In this document: positions 22,400 through 32,614 of the stretch, in pieces
How the letters are laid out: each line of letters opens with the position of its first letter
How positions within the stretch are numbered: position 1 is the stretch's first letter
NCBI GenBank assembly: GCA_963695855.1
Contig: CAVOHZ010000008.1
Span: forward strand, 352,001-416,000
Direction: 5' to 3'
Length of the DNA: 64,000 bases
Origin: an uncultured Nitrososphaerales archaeon
GTDB lineage: Archaea > Thermoproteota > Nitrososphaeria > Nitrososphaerales > Nitrososphaeraceae
Notes under the pieces: generated by a model
Told to the model about the DNA's origin: nothing
Databases searched by the model: none
The model's input: only the letters and a program-made list of their open reading frames with translations
Made by a program: the position numbers and the translations under genes

Positions 22400-22917
22400 A
22401 CTAATAATTATTTTATCTTCTAAACTATTTATAATTTAAAATCAAGGGGTTTGGATGGAAAAATATTCAATTCTAAATCTATTATATTTCTTGCAATATT
22501 TTTAACATTTTAGAAATTTGAAGACAGAAGTGGTAATATACTTCCTCATGAGTTTTCAAGATTTATAATTGTTTCTCCCATCTTCCACCATTATCTTCCC
22601 ATGTTTCATTTATTTTATCATGTTTTTCTATTTCATAACTATCTTCCGCATAAGTTATGTTATACTCATATTCATCTTGAAGATTTGTATTTTCAGGAGT
22701 GCAATTACCATCATCCCATTCTCCATGGTAATAAGGATAGATCTCTTCCTTGTCATTATCATTGATGATACTTGATGTTTTTCCATTAAACTATAACATA
22801 TTATATTATTCTACAATTTTTTATAACAAACATATTTTATTAATATTATTAGATTTAAACAATCAGAAAATCAGGCTCTGACGATATGAAAATCTTTTAG
22901 TCTGTTTCATTACTGTA

Positions 22918-23042
22918 TGTTGGCTAGGTTCAAAATTAACATACTCCGTATGAGAGTGAGGCTCTGACTGAACCGTATCTGTGAAGTGGCTATCATAGTA
23001 CCCTTCGAGGGTGGATGGATGTTTGCCACCTGTTAGCCAACA
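22918..23042 (+). ncRNA. Putative bridge RNA of IS110 element A
   Basis: Outer stem TGTTGGCTA/TAGCCAACA. Loop 1 is closed by GGTTCA/TGAACC and loop 2 by GTGGC/GCCAC with hairpin ACCCT-TCG-AGGGT. Loop 1 segments match both flanks of the element. Confidence 0.8.
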
Positions 23043-23070
23043 AATAAAAAAAGAAGGTGAATAAAAATAA

Positions 23071-24151
23071 TTGAATCATCTTGGAATAGATGTTGGAAAG
23101 AAAAAATGCAGCGCAGCACTAAAAGATGATAGAGGCAAGACACTGGATGAATTCTTCTTTGGTAACAATTCTGATGGAATATTAGAACTGATTGAAAGGA
23201 TACACAATCATGGAACAAAAAAATGTAATGCAGTACTGGAATCTACAGGAAACATGTGGATGAGAATACATGATATATTGGAAGATAATGGAATAGATAC
23301 AGTACTAGCAAATCCATACAGAACAAAGATAATAGCACAAGCAAAGATAAAATCAGATAAACTTGATGCACGTATATTATCTGATCTGCTGAGAACTGGA
23401 TTGGTATACGAGTCATATGTACCTGTAAAGAAAGGAATTCAGAGAAAAAAGAAGTCTGGTCAGACATAGAATAGTCTTGTCTAGAACCAAGACAAAACTT
23501 GCAAACAAGGTACATGCTATTTTAGACAAATATGAGTACAGAACAGAGCTGACAGACATATTCGGTAGATCGGGAATTGAGTGGCTAAAATCACTCTCAG
23601 TTTCACCAATAGACAGGATAATACTGAATACAACACTAACATCCATAGAATCGATAGATAACCAGATAGAAATAGTATCAAAAGAGATAGCAAAATACGC
23701 ATGGAAGGATAGTCAAGATGTAAAGATACTTCTCAGCATGACAGGAATAGACGTATTTTCTGCAATGCTGATATCAACGGAAATAGTGGATATCACCAGA
23801 TTCTCTACACCATGGAAACTTGTTAGTTATGCAGGATTATCTCCATCAACAAGAGAATCATCTGGAAAAACAAAAACAGGTAGAATAACCAAACAAGGAT
23901 CACCATTATTAAGATGGATACTAGTACAGTGTTCATTATCTGCAGTAAGACATGACCGTCACATGAGAACCTTCTATGAAAGAATCAAACAGAGAAAGGG
24001 ACATGGGAAAGCAATAGTTGCAACAGCAAAGGAGGTGCTTATTATAATATGGTACATGCTAACAAGACACCAATTGTATAGATACATGAATAGAACAAGG
24101 TATGAACAGAAACTGGAAAGTCTGAAGAAGAGTGGATCGCAAGAAAGGTAA
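23071..24151 (+). pseudogene. IS110 recombinase split by a 4-bp duplication
   Basis: LGIDVGK, LEST, KSDKLDA, then YAGLSPSTRESSGK and GRITKQG. AAAG is duplicated at 23427-23434; removing one copy restores VPVKEFREKRSLVRHR. Confidence 0.9.
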
Positions 24152-24314
24152 CAATTAAACAAAAAAGACAACGACCTCAGAGAACAAGGATGTCATATAT
24201 AGCGGAGGCTATTGCTAATAATGCTTAATAGATAGAAAAACATAACAAAATGAGGCTAAACAGGATAGAAAAGATAACCAGCATACAGGTAGATTTTCAT
24301 GGATGTTAATTTAA

Positions 24315-25233
24315 GAGCCTATCCCAAAAATAGATAGGAATATAGCTCCTTTGTTTCTTATCATATCTGATAATGTTTAAGAGTGAAAAATATGTTAGAA
24401 GTATTACATGTATTCCAGATGATCTTTGGAATGAAATTACAAATATTTTCCCTTTTGAAAAACCATAGAATACAATAGGGCGTCCCATTATTCCTTACAG
24501 AGAAGTATTTGATGGTATCCTGTTTGTCTTGAGAACTGGATGTCAATGGAAAATGTTACCCAAAGAATATGGTTCTGGTTCTACATGTCATAGAAGATTT
24601 CGAGAATGGAGAGAATCAGGTATATTTGATAAATTATGGAGCAGATTATTAAAATTATATGATTTAAAGAAAGGAATAAAATGGAACTGGCAGTCACTTG
24701 ATAGCATCTCTATAAAATCGCCTTTAGGGGGGCGATGACAGGTCATAATCCTACTACAGATAGAAGTAAATTAGGTAGTAAAAGACATATTTTAACAGAT
24801 AAAGATGGTATTCCCCTTTCAACTGTTATAACATCTGCATATACTCATGATGTTACTGTTGCAACAAATACAATTGATAATATTGTTATCAAAAGACCAC
24901 CACCTTCATCATCAATAGCAAAATATAGAAACAAGAAGAAGAATAAGAAAAAGCAGAATCTATGTCTTGATAAAGCATATCATTCCAAGGAAATAGAACA
25001 AGAAGTTATCAAAAGAGGATATATTCCACATATACGACACAGAAGAGAAGAAAAGAAATACAGCAATAGACATCCTGCAGTAAGAAGATGGGTGGTAGAG
25101 AGAACAAATTCTTGGCATAACAGATTCAGAAAATTATTTACAAGATATGAAAAGAAGGATGAGAACTATCTTGGTCTTGTACAGTTAGCAAATAGCATAA
25201 TTGTTCATAGGAGGTTAATTTTGGGGTAGGCTC
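24315..25233 (+). mobile_element. IS5-family (IS1031/IS427-like, two-ORF) element
   Basis: IRs GAGCCTATCCCAAAA and TTTTGGGGTAGGCTC, TAA duplication. ORFs overlap at TTAGGGGGG (possible -1 frameshift). LDS, DKAY and RWVVERTNSW motifs. Confidence 0.92.
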
Positions 25234-25596
25234 TAAGTACTTTGTTATCTGACCTACCCTATCAATCTGACAAAAATTTTTTGTCTAGTAAAATATTTTT
25301 AATAAATTCAAAATCAATATCTTTTTAAATTAAGTGAAATAGTAACAAATACTGATTTTACAAAAAAAATTTATAAAGAAAAGCATAAAAGAAATTTTTA
25401 GAATTGACAATTTAATAGCTCGATATATGGCAGTCTTGGATAATGTCTGTTACATTTATTGATTCGTCTTTTTTAGTAGAAAATTCTACCTGAGTAATAA
25501 ATTACAAAATTTATAACTAAATAATTAATCTGAATAATTCTAGATTAAATGTTATTTAGGTTTGTATCCCAATACTAATATAGATTTAATCCACAT

Positions 25597-27507
25597 TTGA
25601 ATTTGAAATTAATAATGAACATCATGATTAATATTATATTTTTAAAATTATTTTCATTATTATCAGTTTCATTCTTAATATTATTGTCAATGACTTTTCC
25701 TATTAAGAGTTTTTCCTTTACACAACAAAATTTTGAACAACCTGCTATGGATCAGCCGGCTATCGCGCAATTACCTTCACCAGATGAAAAAAATAAAATA
25801 GGTTACATAATATTAACAACAAATGTTATTAATGATAATGGAGGTAATAAACAACCCTCCGATTTTACAATAAACATTCATGACACCTCAGCATTTCCTT
25901 CTTCATTGGAAGCTGTACCATCACCACAAGTTCAAATTATTTCTGTTAATGAAGGTAAATACTCAATTTCTGTAAATAATGTTAATGGATATAATATATC
26001 TCTTGAAAACCAATGCGAAGGTGTTATAAATTATGGTGAAGTGAGATCTTGTCTTATTATTGCAGATGATGATGGTAATATTTCTTCTACTTCAAAATTA
26101 CCGATATTACCGCTGTCCCTATCTGACTTACTTCTCCCTGACCTTGCAGGAAAAGATCAGGATATTAAACCTAAAATTGCAGCGATACCAAAACCAGCAG
26201 ATCCGTCTAAAGTAGGATTTCTGTTAATATCAACAAATGTTATTAATGATAATGGAGGTAATAAACAACCCTCCGATTTTACAATAAACATTCATGGTAC
26301 CCCAGCATTTCCTTCTTCATTTAAAGCTGCTTCATCGAAGATGATCCAAGTAGTTGCTGTTTCGGAGGGACAATACTCTGTGTCAGTCGCTAATAGTGTA
26401 GCTGGATATCAATCATTCCTGCAATTTGAATGTCAAGGTCAGATTAATCCAAACGAGATAAAAACTTGTTTAATTACATTAAATGATATTTCATCGCCTA
26501 TACCTTGTCCACAAGGACAACACCTTGAGAATGGTCAATGTGTTCCAAATCCACCAGAACCCTGTCCACAAGGACAACACCTTGAGAATGGTCAATGTGT
26601 TCCAAATCCACCAGAACCCTGTCCACAAGGACAACACCTTGAGAATGGTCAATGTGTTCCAAATCCACCAGAACCCTGTCCACAAGGACAACACCTTGAG
26701 AATGGTCAATGTGTTCCAAATCCACCCCCTACAGGAGGGGCATTTCCAGTACAAGGTGTCATCTGGATGTATGATTCAAAACAAACATTAATCAATGACA
26801 TCTCACTGCCATCAGGAGAGACACATCCCATCGATAAAGTGTTATTGTCTAGTGGAGCTAGTGGTGTAAACGCACATATTATTAAGAATGGTTGGCTAGA
26901 AGTGCAATCGGGTGGTGGAAATGGTAGGGTATATTGGGATTATCATGAATTACCACAATTTTCACAATTAGATACAGCTGGTTTCAACACTGTAATGACA
27001 GGAACATTTAAGCTAAAACCTGGAATAGAGAATTTATCAATAAAAGACGGGAATCATGGTACAGATGGATGGATTTTGGATGGTAAATTGGTGTTTGGTG
27101 GATTCGGATTCTCAATTCATAGGACTGAAGTTCAATCGAAGGTAGAATACTGGCATAACCTGCAGGGTCAGGAAGTCGCTTCCCAATATCCAAACGGTAT
27201 CATACTACAAGACGACAAAGAGTACAAATTCTTCTCAACTATGAGAACTGATAGGACAAATAATGAGGTAGTACTCAATGTGTGGTTAGATTTCGGCGAT
27301 GGTAAAGGATGGGTCCTAGTTATGAAAGATAGGAAGTGGGGTATGTCTGGATGGAATCCAGATGGTATTCCAAATGGAGACGATACAACAGAAATAGAAA
27401 AGGGTCCATCATTTATTAAAAAACATCATATTTGGACTAGAGCAAATGGATCGGGACATTTACCAATCAAAGATATAAGAATAGGTACTATAAGCTTTAT
27501 TTCCTAA
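25597..27507 (+). CDS. Secreted protein: 2x Ig-like domains, Cys/Pro repeats, C-terminal beta-rich domain
   Basis: Signal peptide; TNVINDNGG..SDFTI domains like those in the 5882 gene; four CPQGQHLENGQCVP units. Confidence 0.85.
   Translation: MNLKLIMNIMINIIFLKLFSLLSVSFLILLSMTFPIKSFSFTQQNFEQPAMDQPAIAQLPSPDEKNKIGYIILTTNVINDNGGNKQPSDFTINIHDTSAFPSSLEAVPSPQVQIISVNEGKYSISVNNVNGYNISLENQCEGVINYGEVRSCLIIADDDGNISSTSKLPILPLSLSDLLLPDLAGKDQDIKPKIAAIPKPADPSKVGFLLISTNVINDNGGNKQPSDFTINIHGTPAFPSSFKAASSKMIQVVAVSEGQYSVSVANSVAGYQSFLQFECQGQINPNEIKTCLITLNDISSPIPCPQGQHLENGQCVPNPPEPCPQGQHLENGQCVPNPPEPCPQGQHLENGQCVPNPPEPCPQGQHLENGQCVPNPPPTGGAFPVQGVIWMYDSKQTLINDISLPSGETHPIDKVLLSSGASGVNAHIIKNGWLEVQSGGGNGRVYWDYHELPQFSQLDTAGFNTVMTGTFKLKPGIENLSIKDGNHGTDGWILDGKLVFGGFGFSIHRTEVQSKVEYWHNLQGQEVASQYPNGIILQDDKEYKFFSTMRTDRTNNEVVLNVWLDFGDGKGWVLVMKDRKWGMSGWNPDGIPNGDDTTEIEKGPSFIKKHHIWTRANGSGHLPIKDIRIGTISFIS
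26504..26726 (+). repeat. Coding tandem repeat, 54 bp x4 (PCPQGQHLENGQCVPNPPE)
   Basis: Essentially identical units. Confidence 0.95.
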
Positions 27508-27881
27508 TTTACAAATTTTTTGTTATGATCATTTAGCATTTACATTTCAAATCAAAGCGATCGCAAGTAAAATATTTTTTATAAACTATTACTATCCCCT
27601 ATAATAATCTGTTCAAATTTTACAGGGGATCTAGAAGATTAACAATAATTGCCATAATCAAAGTACATATATGTTATGCTTTGGCTTGTTGGTTACTTAA
27701 TATATCTTAGTTGGTAATTAAATTAATCGTTGAATAAAAGAAATAGAGTTAAGATTGTAACGATGAAGTTTCAAGTTAGTGTTAATAGAGAAGTCAGCAA
27801 ATAAATATAAACATAAATATAAATATTTTAATCCACCCCATCCTCAAGACCAATTTTTAATATTTTTAGATTTTAATTACA

Positions 27882-28652
27882 TTAGATTTTCTTTCCAAGA
27901 AAATTCTCTGAATTACTTTTCAATATTTTCTTCACTTCTTCAAAATTCAGGTCGAGGATTTCCCCTACATAATTAATAACACTTACAAGACATGATATGG
28001 AAGATGATGGAAGGTAATTGAAACAATTCGAATATCTGACTGGACCATCCGTTTCAACCAAAATTTTTTCTTGATCTGTATTTGATAACAAAACTTTTTT
28101 GTCTGGAGAATACAAGAGAACTGGACCATATGACACATAAAATTCCATTTCCATTACTTTTTTCAATTGTTTTCTGCTTCCCGCAAACCAGTGTAGCAGT
28201 CTATTTTTGATGCTATAAGATGGTAACACATGTAAAATATCATCAAGGGATTTTCTTGAATGAATTGAAATAGGTTTATCATATTTTTCTGCAATTTCTA
28301 GAAGATAATGAAATTTCTTCTTTTGTATTTCATAATCTTTTTCATTTCCTACGGAATAAGTAGGATCCAATCCTATCTCGCCAATTCCATCTACTCTATC
28401 AAGATTAGATTCAACTAATTCTTTGAAGATATCAAGATCATCTGTTAACACATATTGTGGATGAATACCTACAAATTGTGAAACTATCTCTCCAGAATCT
28501 GAAAAAATATCAAAACTTCTTTTAGTAGTCTCTATATTGACGGTAACAGAACATGCCTTCATTTGCATTGATTTTAATGCGAATAAAATATTTTCTAAAT
28601 AATTTGAATATTCAGGATCAGTTAAATGGATGTGAGCATCAAAATATTGCAT
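27882..28652 (-). CDS. tatD: TatD family deoxyribonuclease
   Basis: FDAHIH, GIHP, GEIGLD, SIHSR, LHWF and VETDGP motifs. Confidence 0.92.
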   Translation of the reverse strand: MQYFDAHIHLTDPEYSNYLENILFALKSMQMKACSVTVNIETTKRSFDIFSDSGEIVSQFVGIHPQYVLTDDLDIFKELVESNLDRVDGIGEIGLDPTYSVGNEKDYEIQKKKFHYLLEIAEKYDKPISIHSRKSLDDILHVLPSYSIKNRLLHWFAGSRKQLKKVMEMEFYVSYGPVLLYSPDKKVLLSNTDQEKILVETDGPVRYSNCFNYLPSSSISCLVSVINYVGEILDLNFEEVKKILKSNSENFLGKKI

Positions 28653-28867
28653 CTGTCTATGTAATTCTCCAATCGTATTTATAAAATTATTAGACCCAAA
28701 ATTTAAGAAAATATATCAAAGTCAAATTTATTTAAATAAGATTTGTGAATACATGTTTTCAAATCCAAGATTTCAATTTCTTACATCTGCTTCTACTTTT
28801 TTTACGATCAATTATAGTATTTTTTTAATAAAAATTACAGGCATATTAAATATTAAATATTAATTAA

Positions 28868-29330
28868 TTGAGGCTGGGTCATAATTATTTTTCCATTTTC
28901 ATAACGAATAAAGCTAGTTTATTGGTGTATGATGTTTTGGTGAAACACTATACAAACAAACAAACTAGCACAGAAAAGATCCACGTCTATTCTAATTAGG
29001 ATTTTGTATTTGATTGGTTTGATCCGTTGGCCACATAATAATAATAGAGGAGTAGGAGGAGGGCATGGTAGACCATATGTCTATCCTCCTACTGTTATAC
29101 TACGATGTTTTATAGTATGTGTATGGTTCAGATTGTATTATAACAGAGCATTGCATGAATATCTGGCAATGGAGATAGCATATAACAGAAAGGTAATGAA
29201 AGGATGTGGAATGTCAAGAGTACCTAGCAGAAGAACATTTGATAGACGTCTTGCTACACTATCTATCTAATGATATTAAAAATAGGAATACTACAATGGG
29301 TGAAGTTTTTGTTCATGAAAAAATAATCGA
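28868..29330 (+). mobile_element. Truncated second copy of the 10684 IS (left IR plus 5' part)
   Basis: TTGAGGCTGGGTCATAATT and GRPYVY..RVPSRRTFDRR match the first copy; similarity ends near 29330. Confidence 0.88.
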
Positions 29331-29335
29331 ACCAT

Positions 29336-29473
29336 ACAAAATCCATTTCTGGTACTGGACTTGGCTTGTATATCACAAAAAATACTGTCGAAGCTCATGC
29401 CGGAAGAATATGGGACACGAATAATAAAGACGTAAAAGGTGCAGAATTTGGACTGACTTTGCCAATGTTATAA
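29336..29473 (+). pseudogene. C-terminal remnant of a sensor histidine kinase (HATPase_c)
   Basis: Translates as TKSISGTGLGLYITKNTVEAHAGRIWDTNNKDVKGAEFGLTLPML*, including the G2 box. Not in the ORF track. Confidence 0.85.
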
Positions 29474-29708
29474 TTTTTATTCAAAATTGCATATCTTCTT
29501 ATTATAAGGATGGAATATAGAACGCACAAAGTTGGCCTAAAAAAGTGATTGTATATATAAAACAAATAGAATTAAATTTTTTATTTAGAAGTTGCTATAA
29601 TGATAGTGAAACTTAACGACGACTTTTTGAAAAACCTTACAGTAAAGAGATTCAGAGGATTGTTAGAACAGGAAAATCTAGAATAAATATACAGAATATT
29701 TAATTGGA

Positions 29709-30539
29709 TTGAATAAATATAACATATCAATATCATATTATCGTATGCAACATTGTATAAAGATAGTTTTACCTAAATTTTTTTTATTTCTTATTTCTGT
29801 TTTTATTATAAACAAGAATGTTATCAAAGAAAGAATTAGATCTAAAATACTTTACAGTAGCTTAAATTACGACGTAAATAAGATATTTATTAACTTTAAA
29901 CCTTACATTTTAGTAACTCTACTATTTTTTATTCTTTTCAGCACAATGATGATATCAGAGATCGATACGGCTTTTGCAAAAAAAGATTCAAAAAGAAAAA
30001 CGATTGATCTGTGTTGTAGTTGGGGGAATTCAATAAGCGACGGAGTATTAACAATTTCTATCAAGAATGGTGGATCAGAATTGGCTAAAATTGTAAAGCT
30101 AGCTATTAAAGATTGGGAGAAAGCATTAGGGGATTCAGTACAATTCAAATATGTCAAGGATCAAGAGTCTGACGCAGATATTGAAATTGTATTCAAAAAG
30201 GGAAAAGGGCAAAAAGTCGGAAAAGCTGTAACATTCTTTGATCATAATGGAAAAATTGATCATGTGGATATTTCAATCTCTAAAAAATCATATGGTCAAA
30301 GTTTAGGTCCCTCCCTTTTAGAGCATGTTGCAAAACATGAGTTTGGTCATGCTCTTGGTTTAGGACATGCAAATTTCAAAGAATCTCTTATGTCTGCCCA
30401 TGTAAATCAAGATGTAAAAAAAATATCTGCATGTGAATTGGAATCTGTCAAATATGTTAATAATTGGAAGTCTACTGATGATGATGATAAATCTTCCAGT
30501 ACTCTAGATAAAGATAGTTTTAGATGCAAGAATAAATAA
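29709..30539 (+). CDS. Secreted matrixin (M10-like) zinc metalloprotease; true start probably downstream of 29709
   Basis: HEFGHALGLGH plus SLMS; paralogue of 12100-12753. Confidence 0.88.
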   Translation: MNKYNISISYYRMQHCIKIVLPKFFLFLISVFIINKNVIKERIRSKILYSSLNYDVNKIFINFKPYILVTLLFFILFSTMMISEIDTAFAKKDSKRKTIDLCCSWGNSISDGVLTISIKNGGSELAKIVKLAIKDWEKALGDSVQFKYVKDQESDADIEIVFKKGKGQKVGKAVTFFDHNGKIDHVDISISKKSYGQSLGPSLLEHVAKHEFGHALGLGHANFKESLMSAHVNQDVKKISACELESVKYVNNWKSTDDDDKSSSTLDKDSFRCKNK

Positions 30540-30786
30540 TGTGTGAGAAAATATATCTATGTAAATTATCAGATAGATTTACTTGTCTTTTATCAGTTCT
30601 ACTAACAATATATTACAAGGGAGTTTCTATGAAAATATTTTATTTATCAAATTGTTGCAATGGGAGTAATTTTAGGCCGGTGCTATTTAATTAAAAGATA
30701 TAGATTCATTTGTAGGAACTCTAAAATATCAAATATTTTGTAAATAATGTTTCTTATGTTTATTATCGCTGTGCAATATCCTCGAA

Positions 30787-31875
30787 TAGGGCCAATGGGA
30801 TGTGAAACAAATATGTCCTTTATTTTGGACCCACAATAAAATTTTATTAAATTAACTTGTTTTTATAAATATCATTTTAGCTATTATTCTGACTCATTCA
30901 ATATCATTTTCAGATTTTGAATTGCCAATGTTGTGATAACTTAAATTGTTGTGTACGTTGATTATATGTATCAGGCACATACAGATTATCTTTACTATCT
31001 ACCATAACTCCAGATTTTGGAGTACTGTGAAATGCATATACGAGATCCAGGAGATCCTATCTGTAGAAGTGATTATTTAGAAGACTTAAAACGAGTAAGA
31101 AGATTTAAGAAATTTATAACCCAAGAGGAGATGAGATCGTTTCCTTTTTTATTTGAGGAGGAAGATGATGATCCTATTGTAAAACAACAAAATGAAGAAA
31201 TAAAAAAAATTTTTGATTCAAAAGATGAATCTGAGTTAAAACTATTAGGTTATTCTTTTATCTTTCTACAGAATAAGAGGAGTCTAATTTATTTAAATGG
31301 TAATGCAGTATTTTAAAAGATAGAACTGAATCTTTTTTTTGATGATTACTTATGATTAGATTTTATCGATTGATTTGATTTAAGAATGATAAAACGAATG
31401 GATTATCATTATTTGTAATACTGGGAGCTCATTCTACTCAATTTTAAACTCGTTAAATTCTTTCAAATACCTTTCAAATCATTATTTAATGGTATTCAGA
31501 TTGTTTTCAAATTGCTTTCTAATTGTTTTCAAATACCTTTCAAATACCTTTCGAATGGCCCATTTTGTGCTCATATTAGAGTGATATTAGATAGAGTAAT
31601 TGAATTTTACTTATACTCAATCAAGATAATTGAAACTTCACAATTAACTATAATCGATTATCTAACTCAGAATACTATTTTACAAATCAATTTGAAGTAA
31701 TAGAAGTTTAAATTGTTATTAGATTTTTCTATTCTTATTTGTCTTAATGTCTTTTAAATAAAATGATTACAAAAAGTAAAGGTTATTCTCTAGTTCTCTA
31801 TATCATTGCTTCATGAATTCTTCTAAAAGTAAGATTGGAACCCAGAGTTCAATGGGGCCAGTGGGATGTGAACCC
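30787..31875. repeat. Pair of degenerate direct repeats resembling a tRNA 3' end (30787-30808 and 31853-31875)
   Basis: TAGGGCCAATGGGATGTGAAAC vs TGGGGCCAGTGGGATGTGAACCC. The reverse complement GGGTTCACATCCCACTGGCCCCA looks like a T-loop plus acceptor 3' strand. Confidence 0.55.
31017..31316 (+). CDS. Hypothetical protein or gene fragment
   Basis: 99-aa acidic ORF with TTG start; no recognisable motif. Confidence 0.4.
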   Translation: MEYCEMHIRDPGDPICRSDYLEDLKRVRRFKKFITQEEMRSFPFLFEEEDDDPIVKQQNEEIKKIFDSKDESELKLLGYSFIFLQNKRSLIYLNGNAVF

Positions 31876-32614
31876 TTCTATAAAGTGGGACCAATTAAAT
31901 CGATAGATCTCCATAGTTTTAGAATATTTTTTTATTTTATCTTTTATATTTCAATAGATACTTTAAACTCTGTATAAATCAGATTACCTTATTACCTGCT
32001 AAAAAAGCAGATATATCAAAGACATATATAATATTTTCATGTCGTAAAACAGAAGCAGTTGATGCCATAAATTTAGTTTTAATTATATTTTCGTATAAAC
32101 TTACTGATAAATATATTGATATAGAGGACAAGATTAGCCTTCAAAAAATATCTTTAGATTTAATTAGAAAATGGTATACTAATAAATTTATTAAAAATAT
32201 AATAAATCGAATTATACTTAGGTCTATAGGGAAGGTAAATATTGATTATACATTTAAGTATCTTAAAAATTGGATATGCTGCCAATTATTTGAATAAAGT
32301 ATGGAACATTATTAATTAAAATTGATTCTGCGAGTAGATTTCATTGGCTGTATTTGTTTAGTTTAATACCACTCTTGGGATGCAATGTATGGGAACATGC
32401 ATACTATCTCAAATATCAAAATAAGTGACTTGATTACATTTTTCCTTGGTAGAATGTTATAGACTGGGAAAACGTTTCACAACGTTTCAATAAAATCACT
32501 AAATAAATTTTTTTATCGAAATATCTAATCTAGATAGTAATTTACATATTTCCTATAAAATGGACAAAAAAGTAAAAATATGATACAACAATACAAGATT
32601 TCAAGTTAAGCATC

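Larger units (their letters stand above)
22884..24304 (+). mobile_element. IS110-family element A, full length, recombinase frameshifted
   Basis: Subterminal IRs ATGAAAATCT (22886-22895) and AGATTTTCAT (24291-24300); core (G)AT at both junctions. Confidence 0.9.

Noticed and set aside
22560-22800. Small ORFs on either strand
   Set aside because: Early in-frame stop after the ATG and no recognisable motif.
23427-23434. Programmed frameshift in the IS110 recombinase
   Set aside because: A simple AAAG duplication explains it; IS110 recombinases are normally single ORFs.
25817-26320. Possible DGR template/variable repeat pair
   Set aside because: No reverse transcriptase in the window, both copies are in frame within one gene, and differences are not adenine-specific.
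26483-26791. Three alternative ORFs over the 54-bp repeats
   Set aside because: Shadow frames of the 636-aa gene.
31853-31875. Full tRNA gene
   Set aside because: Only a T-loop and acceptor 3' strand; no D or anticodon arm is visible.
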